Notes: a model not told the origin generated them from the letters alone. A stretch of DNA of 64,000 nucleotides from Bacteroidales bacterium (GCA_038210985.1 JBBQWB010000005.1:19-64018); one strand, 5' to 3'. Shown: positions 43,314-52,877, counted from the first letter of the stretch. A program made the numbers and translations.

Positions 43314-43355
43314 ATAAAGTCCTAATTCAATATTTGAGTTTGGACTTTATTTTTT
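43314..43355 (+). terminator. Candidate rho-independent terminator of pepP
   Basis: ATAAAGTCC (43314-22) pairs with GGACTTTAT (43342-50) and is followed by TTTTT. The 19-nt loop is large, so confidence is moderate. Confidence 0.45.
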
Positions 43356-43375
43356 CAATCGAAATCAATATTTTA

Positions 43376-43451
43376 ATCATCACATCAGCTTATCATCACA
43401 TCATCACATCCACTAATCAGCTCATCACCACATCATCTCATCATCACATCA
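43376..43451 (-). repeat. Module G word repeat, opposite orientation to the 30461-30552 copy
   Basis: ATCATCACATCAGCTTATCATCACATCATCACATCCACTAATCAGCTCATCACCACATCATCTCATCATCACATCAA. Confidence 0.75.
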
Positions 43452-43523
43452 ATTTTTTTTCCAACTTTCAACAAACAATCCACAAATAACTAAAAAAGAC
43501 CTACTTTTAAAAAAAAATAATGT

Positions 43524-44330
43524 ATGAATATTAAGAATGGTTATTTCGATGGAAAAAGAATCCGCTACAGCGACGAAGGAAGCGGAGACGTTTTAGTACT
43601 TTTACATGGCTTTATCGAGCGGATTGAAATATGGAAAGAGTTTAGCGAGCATTTGTCAAAACAATTTCGAGTTATATGCATCGAACTTCCTGGTCATGGC
43701 GAAAGTGAAGTAATAGCAAGCGTTCAAACCATGGAATTAATGGCAGATATGGTAAGTGAAATATTGCAAAAACTTCAAATAAAATCAGTGGTTATGGTTG
43801 GACATTCAATGGGAGGGTACGTTGGATTGGCGTTTGCCGAAAAACATCCAATTATGCTAAAAGGCTTAGGCTTATTCCATTCTCATGTTTTGGGCGATAC
43901 TTCACAGGCTAAGTTAGGTCGAGAGCGTACAATTGAAATTATTAAATTAAATAAGGCTGGTTTTGTTTTTAACTTTATATCCGATTTATTTGCCGAATGT
44001 AATCGTGAATTATATACAAAGGAGATAAAAGAACTTCAGAAAGGTGCAGAAACTCTTACGAATGAAGCTTTAGTTGCTTGTTTGCAAGGGATGAAAGAGC
44101 GTAGCGATAAGTTGGTGTTGCTTATGGATATAGATGTTCCGATGATGTTTATTGCTGGCAAGGAAGATTCGAGGGTTTCCATAAATGCTATTATGGCTCA
44201 AGCAATTATTCCAAATCAATCTCAAATTTTAGTTTTAGGCGATTGTGGTCACATGGGTTATATTGAAAAAAAACAAGAAACTTTAAGTTTTGTAAATCAA
44301 TTTGTTCAAACTTGTTATTCTACAAAATAA
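43524..44330 (+). CDS. Alpha/beta hydrolase
   Basis: HGF oxyanion region, nucleophile elbow GHSMGG, and a C-terminal GHMGY histidine region; 268 aa. Confidence 0.8.
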   Translation: MNIKNGYFDGKRIRYSDEGSGDVLVLLHGFIERIEIWKEFSEHLSKQFRVICIELPGHGESEVIASVQTMELMADMVSEILQKLQIKSVVMVGHSMGGYVGLAFAEKHPIMLKGLGLFHSHVLGDTSQAKLGRERTIEIIKLNKAGFVFNFISDLFAECNRELYTKEIKELQKGAETLTNEALVACLQGMKERSDKLVLLMDIDVPMMFIAGKEDSRVSINAIMAQAIIPNQSQILVLGDCGHMGYIEKKQETLSFVNQFVQTCYSTK

Positions 44331-44353
44331 AAGCATATCGTGAGCATCTTTAA

Positions 44354-44447
44354 TTGTCATGCATCCGCCAGTGGTTGGAGAAACGTAGTGAAGCGTAAGC
44401 ATCTATTACGTTATTAGATTCCTCACTACGTGTCGGAATGAAAAATC
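44354..44447 (+). repeat. Intergenic repeat module E, copy 2 (94 bp)
   Basis: Same length and orientation as 36644-36737, with a handful of substitutions. Lies between convergent genes (hydrolase + / rluB -). Confidence 0.9.
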
Positions 44448-44482
44448 AATCGAGTAGACTAGAAGTTATTTTACCGCAAAGT

Positions 44483-46339
44483 TTATTGCAACGAGCGTTT
44501 TAAAATAGTAATCTCTTTTTCGTTTAGAATTCTCCAACGACCACGTGGTAAATCTTTTTTAGTTAGCCCAGCATAAAGAGTCCTGTCAAGTTTTACAACT
44601 TTGTAATCCAAAGATTCAAACATGCGGCGAACCACACGATTTTGTCCCGAATGGATTTCTATACCCACTTCTCTTTTTGTATCAGGGTTAATATATTCGA
44701 TTGAATCGGGTTTAATAAATGTGTCGTCTAAACTTATTCCTTCTGAAAGTTTTATAAAATCGGGTTGTTTTAAATTTTTATCTAATTCAATTTGATAAAC
44801 TTTTTTAATGCCATGTTTAGGGTGCATAAGTTTTTTTGCCATTTCGCCATCGTTTGTGAAAAGCAATAAGCCAGTAGTATTTCGGTCTAACCTGCCAACA
44901 GGATAAACTCTTTCGCGACATGCTCCTTGAATAAGTTCCATCACATTTTTACGTCCTCGGTCATCTTCCAGTGTAGTAAGATAATCTTTAGGTTTATTCA
45001 ATAAAAGGTAAACGGATTTTTCGCGGCATAAAACTCTGTCTCCATAACGAACTTCGTCGGTAGGCATAACTTTAGTACCCAATTCGGTAATATACACGCC
45101 ATTTACCATAATGGCTCCCGATTCGATTATTGTATCTGCTTCGCGACGGGAGCAAATTCCAGCATTGGAAATATATTTATTGAGTCGTATTGGACCCGTT
45201 TTTTCTTCGTAGCTTAAACTTAAAACTTTTGGTTTTTCGACTAATCTGCCTGTTTTTTTTCTGTTTTCAACAATTTCGGTTAATATTTCCGATTCGGCAT
45301 TAATGTTTCTACGGACTTTACGTGGAGGTTTATTATCACGAGAATCTTGATTAAATTTAAAATCTGTGCTTTTTCCACCTTTAAAATATCCACCTTCAGC
45401 TTTGTCCGACGAGTAGCTTGAACTATGTCTATCACTCCGTTCTTCGCGAGAAGAAGTGCGTTTGTATGTTGTTTCTTTTTTATCTTCAGAAGTATCGGAA
45501 TTGTCTGTTTTAGATGTTCGTCTTTTTGGACTTTCGTTTTCATCTACAAATGAAATTCGATCTTTATACGAAAGTTTTGATTTTGGATTATCTCCTTTTT
45601 TTTGAACAGTGAATGATTTTTTTTCACCGTCTGAATCCCTTTCATAGAGACTTTTTCGTTCGTTATCATCAGGTGAGTCATAGCGTTTTTTGGGATATGA
45701 ATCTCCGTCGGAATGATTGCGTTTGTAACCACCAGTGCTTCTGTCTTCATCGCTTGATCCGTATCTTTTTTTAGGATAAGAATCGCCTTCATTTCGGTTG
45801 CTTCTGTATCCATCGTGGCTACCTTTATCGTCCGAAGAGCCGTATCTTTTTTTAGTCGAGCTGTCACCTGCTTTTTTTACATCAAATTTACGTTTATAAT
45901 CATCCGATCCCGTGTTTTCATCTCTTGAACCGTATCGTTTTTTAGGATATGAATCACCTTCGCTGCGTTCGCCATAACTTTTGCGAAAACCACCCTCGGA
46001 ACGTTGTCCTCTGTCATCTGAAGAGCCATAGCGTTTTTTAGGATATGTGTCGCCTTCCTTTTTTACACTGAATGTTCTTTTTGGACGATTGCCAGAAGCG
46101 CCGTCATTATTAGAACCATAGCTTTTTTTTGGAAATGAATCACTGTCCTTTTTTGCACTCCAATCTCTTTTTTTGTACTCTTTGGGTGCACCATCATCTT
46201 TTGCTGCGTAAAGTTTTTTGGGAGATGAATCCCCATCGTTTTTACTTATTCGAGTTCGCTTTTTCCCATCGGTTTTTGCAGAACTGCCCTTGCTGAATCC
46301 TCCCGACTTAGCTTTGGGTTTTTTACTTCTTTCGGTCAT
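44483..46339 (-). CDS. rluB: RsuA/RluB-family pseudouridine synthase with a roughly 380-aa repetitive, charged N-terminal extension
   Basis: The C-terminal third carries an S4 domain (IRLNKYISNAGICSRREAD) and the catalytic GRLDRNTTGLLLFTNDG. The N-terminal part is K/R/D/S/G-rich with seven GDSYPKKRYGSSD-like repeats. Confidence 0.85.
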   Translation of the reverse strand: MTERSKKPKAKSGGFSKGSSAKTDGKKRTRISKNDGDSSPKKLYAAKDDGAPKEYKKRDWSAKKDSDSFPKKSYGSNNDGASGNRPKRTFSVKKEGDTYPKKRYGSSDDRGQRSEGGFRKSYGERSEGDSYPKKRYGSRDENTGSDDYKRKFDVKKAGDSSTKKRYGSSDDKGSHDGYRSNRNEGDSYPKKRYGSSDEDRSTGGYKRNHSDGDSYPKKRYDSPDDNERKSLYERDSDGEKKSFTVQKKGDNPKSKLSYKDRISFVDENESPKRRTSKTDNSDTSEDKKETTYKRTSSREERSDRHSSSYSSDKAEGGYFKGGKSTDFKFNQDSRDNKPPRKVRRNINAESEILTEIVENRKKTGRLVEKPKVLSLSYEEKTGPIRLNKYISNAGICSRREADTIIESGAIMVNGVYITELGTKVMPTDEVRYGDRVLCREKSVYLLLNKPKDYLTTLEDDRGRKNVMELIQGACRERVYPVGRLDRNTTGLLLFTNDGEMAKKLMHPKHGIKKVYQIELDKNLKQPDFIKLSEGISLDDTFIKPDSIEYINPDTKREVGIEIHSGQNRVVRRMFESLDYKVVKLDRTLYAGLTKKDLPRGRWRILNEKEITILKRSLQ

Positions 46340-46367
46340 AAAACAGGTTGTAAATTATATTAGCCTG

Positions 46368-46375
46368 CAAAGATA
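46368..46375 (-). promoter_or_regulatory. -7 box TATCTTTG upstream of the rluB-like gene
   Basis: The reverse complement of CAAAGATA is an exact TAnnTTTG match, 28 nt upstream of the ATG at 46339. Confidence 0.4.
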
Positions 46376-46565
46376 CATAAAAATTGTTAGCTAAAGTATT
46401 TTAAGGAAGTAAATTTTCATTACATAATTGCCAATTTATGAATTTTGATAGTTTACTGTGTTTTAAAAATTTAATTACCAAAGATTCACTTTTTGGTCCT
46501 CAAAATATTGCCAATCAGAATGGTATTGAAGAGTTTTAGGTGTTTGGATTTTCTGTGGAGAAAAA

Positions 46566-46621
46566 CAACAAACAACAAACAACAAACAACAAACAACAAA
46601 CAACAAACAACAAACAACAAA
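46566..46621. repeat. Heptanucleotide tandem repeat (CAACAAA)x8, perfect
   Basis: Counted unit by unit from 46566 to 46621. On the minus (gene) strand it reads (TTTGTTG)8. It lies between the yraN stop (46663) and the rluB start (46339). Confidence 0.95.
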
Positions 46622-46662
46622 CACATCACTCGTCAACCCGTTACTTGTTACTTTTCAGATTT

Positions 46663-47025
46663 TCAAATTCCCGGAGCAAAAGCATCTTCAATATGATTTA
46701 TTTGCTTAGTATTTGCGTTAAATAGCACGCTAACAATATCAAATCTAAATTCGCAATCAAGATTATTTTTTTCGGAATAGTTATTTGTTGCTCGAATTAA
46801 AAACTTTTGTTTGGCTTTTGTTACAAATTCTTCGGGTTCGCCAAAATAACTGGTTCTTCGTGTTTTAACTTCCACAATAACCGTAATTTCGCCATCTTCT
46901 GCTATGATGTCGATTTCGTCAGATCCAAAACGCCAGTTTCGTTCTAAAATCTTGTATCCTTTTTTTGACAAATAATTAGCTGCCAGATTTTCGCCCATTG
47001 TTCCAAAGTCGTTGTGTTCGGCCAT
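46663..47025 (-). CDS. yraN: YraN family (UPF0102) endonuclease-like protein
   Basis: The start is moved to MAEHNDFGTMGENLAANYLSKKGYKILERNWR...DEIDIIAEDGEITVIVEVKTRR, which gives the typical UPF0102 layout at about 120 aa. Confidence 0.8.
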   Translation of the reverse strand: MAEHNDFGTMGENLAANYLSKKGYKILERNWRFGSDEIDIIAEDGEITVIVEVKTRRTSYFGEPEEFVTKAKQKFLIRATNNYSEKNNLDCEFRFDIVSVLFNANTKQINHIEDAFAPGI

Positions 47026-47035
47026 TTGTTTTAAT

Positions 47036-47308
47036 TTATTTTGTAAGCATTTCAAAAAAATATCTTAATTCTTCTTTTCTTTCTGTAGAAATATCCTTTT
47101 TGGGGATGTCGTTAATAGCTCCTTCTATTGCGTATAGTTTATGCAGGCAAGCACCAGAATCAATAGCACGCAATCGGATAAATGTTTGTTCACATCCTAA
47201 ATTTTTCAATTCCGAAATTGTATTAATCCCTGCTTGTTTAAGCAATCCATCTAAGGTTTTTCCTAAATTTGGCAAAGTGGTTAGATTATCCATCTTTTTT
47301 TTTATCAA
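47036..47308 (-). CDS. TfoX/Sxy C-terminal-domain-only protein
   Basis: LTTLPNLGKTLDGLLKQAGINTISELKNLGCEQTFIRLRA...LYAIEGAINDIP...RKEEL closely parallels the C-terminal domain of Sxy/TfoX (LPN.G...L..AGI......G......ALEGAI). Confidence 0.75.
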   Translation of the reverse strand: MIKKKMDNLTTLPNLGKTLDGLLKQAGINTISELKNLGCEQTFIRLRAIDSGACLHKLYAIEGAINDIPKKDISTERKEELRYFFEMLTK

Positions 47309-47430
47309 AGATAATAAACAGTTTTTGAATTATTGATTTTTATTCAATTAAAACTTCCATCTAGGGTCTTCTTTTTCTCCTTTTTCCTTATTTCTACTGT
47401 TTCGTAGTTAATCAGCAAATTAGCTAAATA

Positions 47431-47464
47431 GAGCTTGTTCGGATTTGCAATCCGAGCAAACCGA
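47431..47464 (+). repeat. Module A, fused single-hairpin variant
   Basis: GAGCTTGTTCGGATTTGCAATCCGAGCAAACCGA combines the left arm of hairpin 1 with the right arm of hairpin 2 of the full module. Confidence 0.8.
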
Positions 47465-47520
47465 GATTCCTCACATCAAAGCGTCTCGATATTTCGACTT
47501 CGCTCAATATATCGCTCCGC

Positions 47521-47575
47521 TCGACGACCGATTTAATCTGCTAATTCTCACATCCTCACATTAGCTTATCATTTT
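47521..47575. repeat. Module G-like word repeat
   Basis: CGATTTAATCTGCTAATTCTCACATCCTCACATTAGCTTATCATT shares the CACATCC, CTAAT and AGCTTATCAT words with 43376-43451. Confidence 0.5.
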
Positions 47576-47612
47576 GTTGCTTTCTCCTTTCTTCTTTCCC
47601 CTTTTTTTTCAT

Positions 47613-47647
47613 ACTCAATACTCAATACCCAATACCCAATACCCATC
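47613..47647. repeat. Degenerate heptamer tandem repeat ACTCAAT ACTCAAT ACCCAAT ACCCAAT ACCCATC
   Basis: Five consecutive 7-bp units, flanked by polypyrimidine tracts in 47361-47390 and 47576-47610. Confidence 0.85.
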
Positions 47648-47683
47648 ACTTATTACCCATAACCCATAAACCTTTAACTCCAT

Positions 47684-47706
47684 TTTCGACAGGCTCAACC
47701 TCCGTA
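47684..47706 (-). repeat. Module D fragment, reverse orientation
   Basis: TTCGACAGGCTCAACC matches the reverse complement of GGTTGAGCCCGTCGAA (56290-56305 and 63932-63947) at 15 of 16 positions. Confidence 0.6.
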
Positions 47707-47899
47707 AATTTCCCCTTTCTTCAATATTTAAGCAACTAAAAACATGAAAAAAGCGACTTAATTGTTAAAATAAATATAATTTATGTGAGTTATAATGAGT
47801 ATGTAATAAAATTTTTGTATTTTCATAGATTATTTTCAAATAGATTAAACAATTACACTCGAAATAAAAAATTAGTATAATTTATAGCAAGGATTTGAA

Positions 47900-50800
47900 A
47901 TGAACCAAAACATGAATAAACGAATATTCAAAAAGCATAGAGAATGTCATTTGGTAAAAGTGAGCTTCATTCTTTTTTGGTTTTTGTTTTTGTATTTGCC
48001 AATCATTATGGCAGGTAGTCGCGACACTCTCCGCTCATCGGGCGAATGGGCTTATACTGAAAATAAAGGTCAGTGGGAAAATCAAATTTTATATAAAGCT
48101 CGATTACATGAGGGGGCTTTGTTTTTAGAAAAACAAGGTTATACGGTTGTTGTGCAAGACCGTAAAGCCATTCATAAATTAATGGAATATAAATCTAGTA
48201 AAGATTCAAAGATTAATAAAGATATTCCCTTAGATAGAACAATAAAATGTCATGCTTATAAAGTCTTTTTTGAAAATTCAAATACAAATACAAAGGTTGA
48301 ATCTTTCAACCCTTCTACAGATTACCAAAACTTCTATATTGGAAGCGATCAAACGAAATGGAAATCAAATGTAAGAGCTTATAATCAAGTAAAATATTCG
48401 AATATTTACGACGGAATAGATTGGATTGTTTATTCGCAAGACAGCAAGTTTAAGTATGATTTTGTGATTTCACCTGGCAAAAATCCCGAAGTGATTAACA
48501 TGAGATACGATGGTGCAAATAAATTAAGCTTATCAAAAGGTAATTTGCTTATCGAAACTTCCGTAAATACATTAAGCGAATTAAAACCTTATGCGTATCA
48601 AATTATCGACGGAATTACAAAGCCGGTTGATTGTAAATTTGTACTAAAAGGAAATATAGTTTCTTTTGAGTGTTCGTCTTACGACAAAACTATTCCTTTA
48701 ATTATCGATCCAGTATTGATATTTTGCTCTTTTAGCGGTTCGCAAGCCGATAATTGGGGCTATACAGCTACTTACGACCAACATGGATTTTTATATGCAG
48801 GAGGTTCTGTTTTTGGCGTTGGCTATCCACTTACCTCAGGTGCTTATCAAATTACTTATGGAATGGGAAATAGTGATATTAGCATTTCAAAATTTGACAG
48901 TTTGGGCGTTAGTTTAGTTTTTTCGACTTATTTAGGAGGAAACGGTGCGGAAGTGCCCAACAGTTTGATTGTTAATGGTAATAATGAACTGTATATGTTA
49001 GGAACTACAGGTTCAGCTAATTTTCCTACAACTACTGGTTGTTACGATAATTCGTTTAACGGTGGAACTAATTATACCCTCACATATATAATTGGTTATC
49101 CAAATGGGTCGGACATTGTTTTATGTAAATTTTCGGCGAATGGCACTCAACTTTTGGGATCTACATTTGTTGGAGGTAGTGGCAACGATGGATTAAACAC
49201 AATTGCTGCTTTAAAGAAAAATTATGCCGATGATGTGCGTGGCGAAATTATGATTGACGCCAACTCGAATGTGTATGTGGTAAGTAGTACTACCTCCACA
49301 AATTTTCCTGTTACTGCAAATTCGGTTCAACTTACTCATGGAGGAGGTGTTCAAGATGGTTGTGTATTTAAAATGAATCATAATTTAACAAATTTGATTT
49401 GGGGTACTTATTTAGGAGGCAACGGAAACGATGCTTGTTACAGTATTCAGTTGGATGTTGATGATAATGTTTATGTCGCTGGTGGAACAACCTCTGCAAA
49501 TTTTCCAACAACGCCAAATGTTATCCAATCAAGTTTTGGTGGTGTGGTGGATGGTTTTATTACGTTAATAAAACAAAATGGGAATCAAATAATGGCATCC
49601 ACATATTATGGGTCATCGGTTTACGATCAAATATATTTAACTAAAACGGATAAAAAAAATTATGTCTATGTTTTAGGACAAACGAATGCTCCAGGTAATT
49701 TTTTTATTCACAATGCAACTTGGAACAAGCCAGGAGGAGGACAGTTTTTAAGCAAATTCACGTCAAATTTGCAAACAATAATTTGGTCAACTGCATTTGG
49801 GTCATCGAGTAATGTTTCTGGAACACCGGATATTTCTCCCACTGCACTTTTGGTCGATTTATGTAATAATATTTATATTTCGGGCTGGGGCGGTTCTTCC
49901 TTAAATGGCTTTGGAGGAACAACAGGTATGCCTATCACAGTCGATGCATTCCAAAATACAACCGATAATAATGATTATTATTTTTTAGTCATTACCGACG
50001 ATGCTTCTGCCATAGTTTATGGAACTTATTTTGGTGGAAGTGCTTCACTTGAGCATGTGGATGGCGGAACAAGTCGTTTTGATAAAAAAGGACGCATTTA
50101 TCAAGCAATTTGTGCTGGATGTGGAAATCATGACGATTTGCCAACAACTGTTGGAGCATGGTCGCAAACTAACAACAGCTCGAATTGTAATATTGGTGTT
50201 GTTAAATTTGATTTTAATTTGCCAGTCGTTATTGCCGATTTTGTTATACCCAATATAGTATGTGCTCCAATTAATATTAACTTCCAAAATACTTCCCAAA
50301 CCATACCAAACGGCACCACAATATGGAGTTGGAACTTTGGAGATAACTCAACCTCGAACCAGCAAAATCCAAGTCATACTTACACCCAATCGGGAATTTA
50401 TGATATTACACTAATTGTTCGAAATATTGGAAGTTGCAATTCGGCAGATACAATTACAAAACAGCTTATTGTTTTATCAAATACTAAAGATACTCTTCCC
50501 GAAAAACATATTTGTTTGGGCGATTTTATACAAATTGGAATTCCTCCTTCAGGGAATTCTTCTATTATTTACATTTGGTCGCCAGCCAGTGGATTAAGTA
50601 ATACGAGTATTTCGAATCCAATTGCAAACTCTCCAACCACTATAAATTACATGTTACGTGTAAGCGATGGTGTTTGTACGGATACTCTGATGCAAAAAGT
50701 GAATGTGTATAATATTCAGGTGGATGCCGGAAATAATATTACGGTTTGCCGTGGCGATACTGCAACATTAACTGCTTCTTCCAGTGGAGGTGCAAATAGA

Positions 50801-52870
50801 TTTGTTTGGTCGTCTAATTCAAATTTTTCCGACACAATTAATACAAATTTGCTTACTAATATTTTCCGTCCAATAATAAATCAAGCCAAAACCTATTACG
50901 TAAAAGCTACGAATGGATATTGCTGGGCATACGATAGTGTAACGGTATTTATGTCGTTTGCAGATATTTATACAACACCAGCCATTACAATTTGTCAGGG
51001 AGATACAATTCAACTTTCTGCAACAAATTTAATAGGTGGTCAAACAATAGGTTATACTTGGTCGCCATCATCTGGAATTATATCGGGTGCAAATACTGCA
51101 ACTCCGCGTGTTAACCCATCTACAACTACTACTTATGTCGTAACCGGAACAAATACTTTTGGATGTAAGGATACAGCTTCGGTAAAAGTTTTTGTAAATT
51201 CAGTTTCAAGTAATAGTCAGGTGAATAATGCAACTTGTTATGGCTTGTGCAATGGCTCAATTCAGTTAAATCCAAGTGGAGGTAATGCTCCATATTCATA
51301 CCATTGGGCTCATGCAACTGGCAATTTTTATACTATTTCGAGTTTATGTGCTGGAGATTATACGGTAACTATTACCGACAATATCGGCTGTAAAAAAGTT
51401 ATTCCATTTACCATACAGCACCCCAGTCAAATAACAGTTAGTTATATCGATACGATGCAGGTTTTGTGCAATGGAGATTGTAATGGAACAGTCAGAGCTG
51501 TTGCTTCGGGTGGTGTGCCATCTTTTTCGTATCATTGGATTAATGGAGTCAATATCGATTATGCAACAGGATTATGTGCAGGAATTTATACCGTAACCGT
51601 AACCGACCAAAATCAGTGTACCGTAAGTTCTCAGTTCCGAATTTTAGACACATCTACTTTTGATGCAAGTGGTTCAGCTATTGCTGCTCGTTGTTTTGGC
51701 GAATGTAATGGGGTTGTGACGGTGGTTGCAAGTAGTGGACTGCCTCCGTACACGTATCACTGGAATATCGGAAATGATAGCACTTCGTTCCACAATTTAT
51801 GTGCAAACACATATAGTGTTACTGTTTCGGATGCAAATACCTGCATTCGGAATGTATATATTTCTGTTCCAGAGCCTTCGGTGTTAGAAATCGACTCCGT
51901 TTATCTTAGAAATCCATTATGTAACGGAAGCTGTAACGGAATAATTAGGCTTTTCCCAATTGGTGGAACCTTGCCATATACCTTTACTTGGAATGGAATA
52001 AGTGGAGGTTCGTTTGCCGAAAATTTGTGTTCGGGAACCTATCATATTGTTGTGAGCGATTTTAATGGTTGTCAAACTGATATAAGTATTATTCTTATTC
52101 AGCCCGATCCACTTGCTGTAACTGTTAACACTACAAAAGTGCCGTGTTTAGATGCTTGTATTGGAAGTGCTTATGCCACTGTTACTGGTGGAACACAGCA
52201 ATATTATTATTATTGGAGCAATGGACCTACTCAGGTTACCGAAGTTCATAATTTGTGTAAAGGAAATTATATGGTAACAGTTTCCGATTTCAATAATTGT
52301 CATACTATGGCTCAGTTTTCAGTTCTCGATTCATCCTTGTTTCCAACTACTGGTTTTGATGCGTGGAGCGAAAAAGACACTATTTACGAAACTCAATCGA
52401 TACAATTGCAGAGCACAGTATTTCCAGAGTTTACCTATCACTGGGGCCCAGGAAACAGTTTAAATAATCCAAATATTCCAAATCCTTTGGCAACGCCTGG
52501 TAATTCTACAATTTATGTAGTTACGGTGAGTGATGTATATGGTTGTATTTTAACCGACACCGTTCGAATAATTGTATTGGATGTTATTTGTGATGAGCCG
52601 TTTGTATATGTTCCAAATGCTTTTACGCCAAACGGAGATGGCAATAACGATGTGTTATTTGTTCGAAGCGAAATTGTAACCGATGTTATTTTTGCGGTGT
52701 ATGATCGTTGGGGCGAAAAAGTATTTGAAACAACCAATATGAGCAAAGGCTGGGATGGAACGTATAAGGGAGTTAAATCCGATCCAGGAGTGTTTGTTTA
52801 TTATTTGGATGCAACTTGTCTTAATAAAGATAAATATATTAAAAAAGGGAATGTGACATTAATTAGATAA
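47900..52870 (+). CDS. Giant T9SS type B cargo protein: beta-propeller (SBBP-like) repeats, PKD domain, five SprB repeats, gliding-motility-associated C-terminal domain
   Basis: Signal/anchor at the N-terminus. Repeated NFPTT... propeller-like units. One PKD signature (WSWNFGDNSTSNQQNPSHTY). SprB repeats (CYGLCNGSIQLNPSGGNAPYSYHW, CNGDCNGTVRAVASGGVPSFSYHW, and others). Type B CTD (VPNAFTPNGDGNNDVLFV...GWDGTYKG...VTLIR). Confidence 0.85.
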   Translation: MNQNMNKRIFKKHRECHLVKVSFILFWFLFLYLPIIMAGSRDTLRSSGEWAYTENKGQWENQILYKARLHEGALFLEKQGYTVVVQDRKAIHKLMEYKSSKDSKINKDIPLDRTIKCHAYKVFFENSNTNTKVESFNPSTDYQNFYIGSDQTKWKSNVRAYNQVKYSNIYDGIDWIVYSQDSKFKYDFVISPGKNPEVINMRYDGANKLSLSKGNLLIETSVNTLSELKPYAYQIIDGITKPVDCKFVLKGNIVSFECSSYDKTIPLIIDPVLIFCSFSGSQADNWGYTATYDQHGFLYAGGSVFGVGYPLTSGAYQITYGMGNSDISISKFDSLGVSLVFSTYLGGNGAEVPNSLIVNGNNELYMLGTTGSANFPTTTGCYDNSFNGGTNYTLTYIIGYPNGSDIVLCKFSANGTQLLGSTFVGGSGNDGLNTIAALKKNYADDVRGEIMIDANSNVYVVSSTTSTNFPVTANSVQLTHGGGVQDGCVFKMNHNLTNLIWGTYLGGNGNDACYSIQLDVDDNVYVAGGTTSANFPTTPNVIQSSFGGVVDGFITLIKQNGNQIMASTYYGSSVYDQIYLTKTDKKNYVYVLGQTNAPGNFFIHNATWNKPGGGQFLSKFTSNLQTIIWSTAFGSSSNVSGTPDISPTALLVDLCNNIYISGWGGSSLNGFGGTTGMPITVDAFQNTTDNNDYYFLVITDDASAIVYGTYFGGSASLEHVDGGTSRFDKKGRIYQAICAGCGNHDDLPTTVGAWSQTNNSSNCNIGVVKFDFNLPVVIADFVIPNIVCAPININFQNTSQTIPNGTTIWSWNFGDNSTSNQQNPSHTYTQSGIYDITLIVRNIGSCNSADTITKQLIVLSNTKDTLPEKHICLGDFIQIGIPPSGNSSIIYIWSPASGLSNTSISNPIANSPTTINYMLRVSDGVCTDTLMQKVNVYNIQVDAGNNITVCRGDTATLTASSSGGANRFVWSSNSNFSDTINTNLLTNIFRPIINQAKTYYVKATNGYCWAYDSVTVFMSFADIYTTPAITICQGDTIQLSATNLIGGQTIGYTWSPSSGIISGANTATPRVNPSTTTTYVVTGTNTFGCKDTASVKVFVNSVSSNSQVNNATCYGLCNGSIQLNPSGGNAPYSYHWAHATGNFYTISSLCAGDYTVTITDNIGCKKVIPFTIQHPSQITVSYIDTMQVLCNGDCNGTVRAVASGGVPSFSYHWINGVNIDYATGLCAGIYTVTVTDQNQCTVSSQFRILDTSTFDASGSAIAARCFGECNGVVTVVASSGLPPYTYHWNIGNDSTSFHNLCANTYSVTVSDANTCIRNVYISVPEPSVLEIDSVYLRNPLCNGSCNGIIRLFPIGGTLPYTFTWNGISGGSFAENLCSGTYHIVVSDFNGCQTDISIILIQPDPLAVTVNTTKVPCLDACIGSAYATVTGGTQQYYYYWSNGPTQVTEVHNLCKGNYMVTVSDFNNCHTMAQFSVLDSSLFPTTGFDAWSEKDTIYETQSIQLQSTVFPEFTYHWGPGNSLNNPNIPNPLATPGNSTIYVVTVSDVYGCILTDTVRIIVLDVICDEPFVYVPNAFTPNGDGNNDVLFVRSEIVTDVIFAVYDRWGEKVFETTNMSKGWDGTYKGVKSDPGVFVYYLDATCLNKDKYIKKGNVTLIR

Positions 52871-52877
52871 ATATTAA

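Noticed and set aside
46493-46725. ORFs 46493-46696 and 46540-46725 encoding NNKQQTT-type repeats.
   Set aside because: They are simply translations of the (CAACAAA)8 microsatellite on the strand opposite to both flanking genes. No start context or motif supports them.
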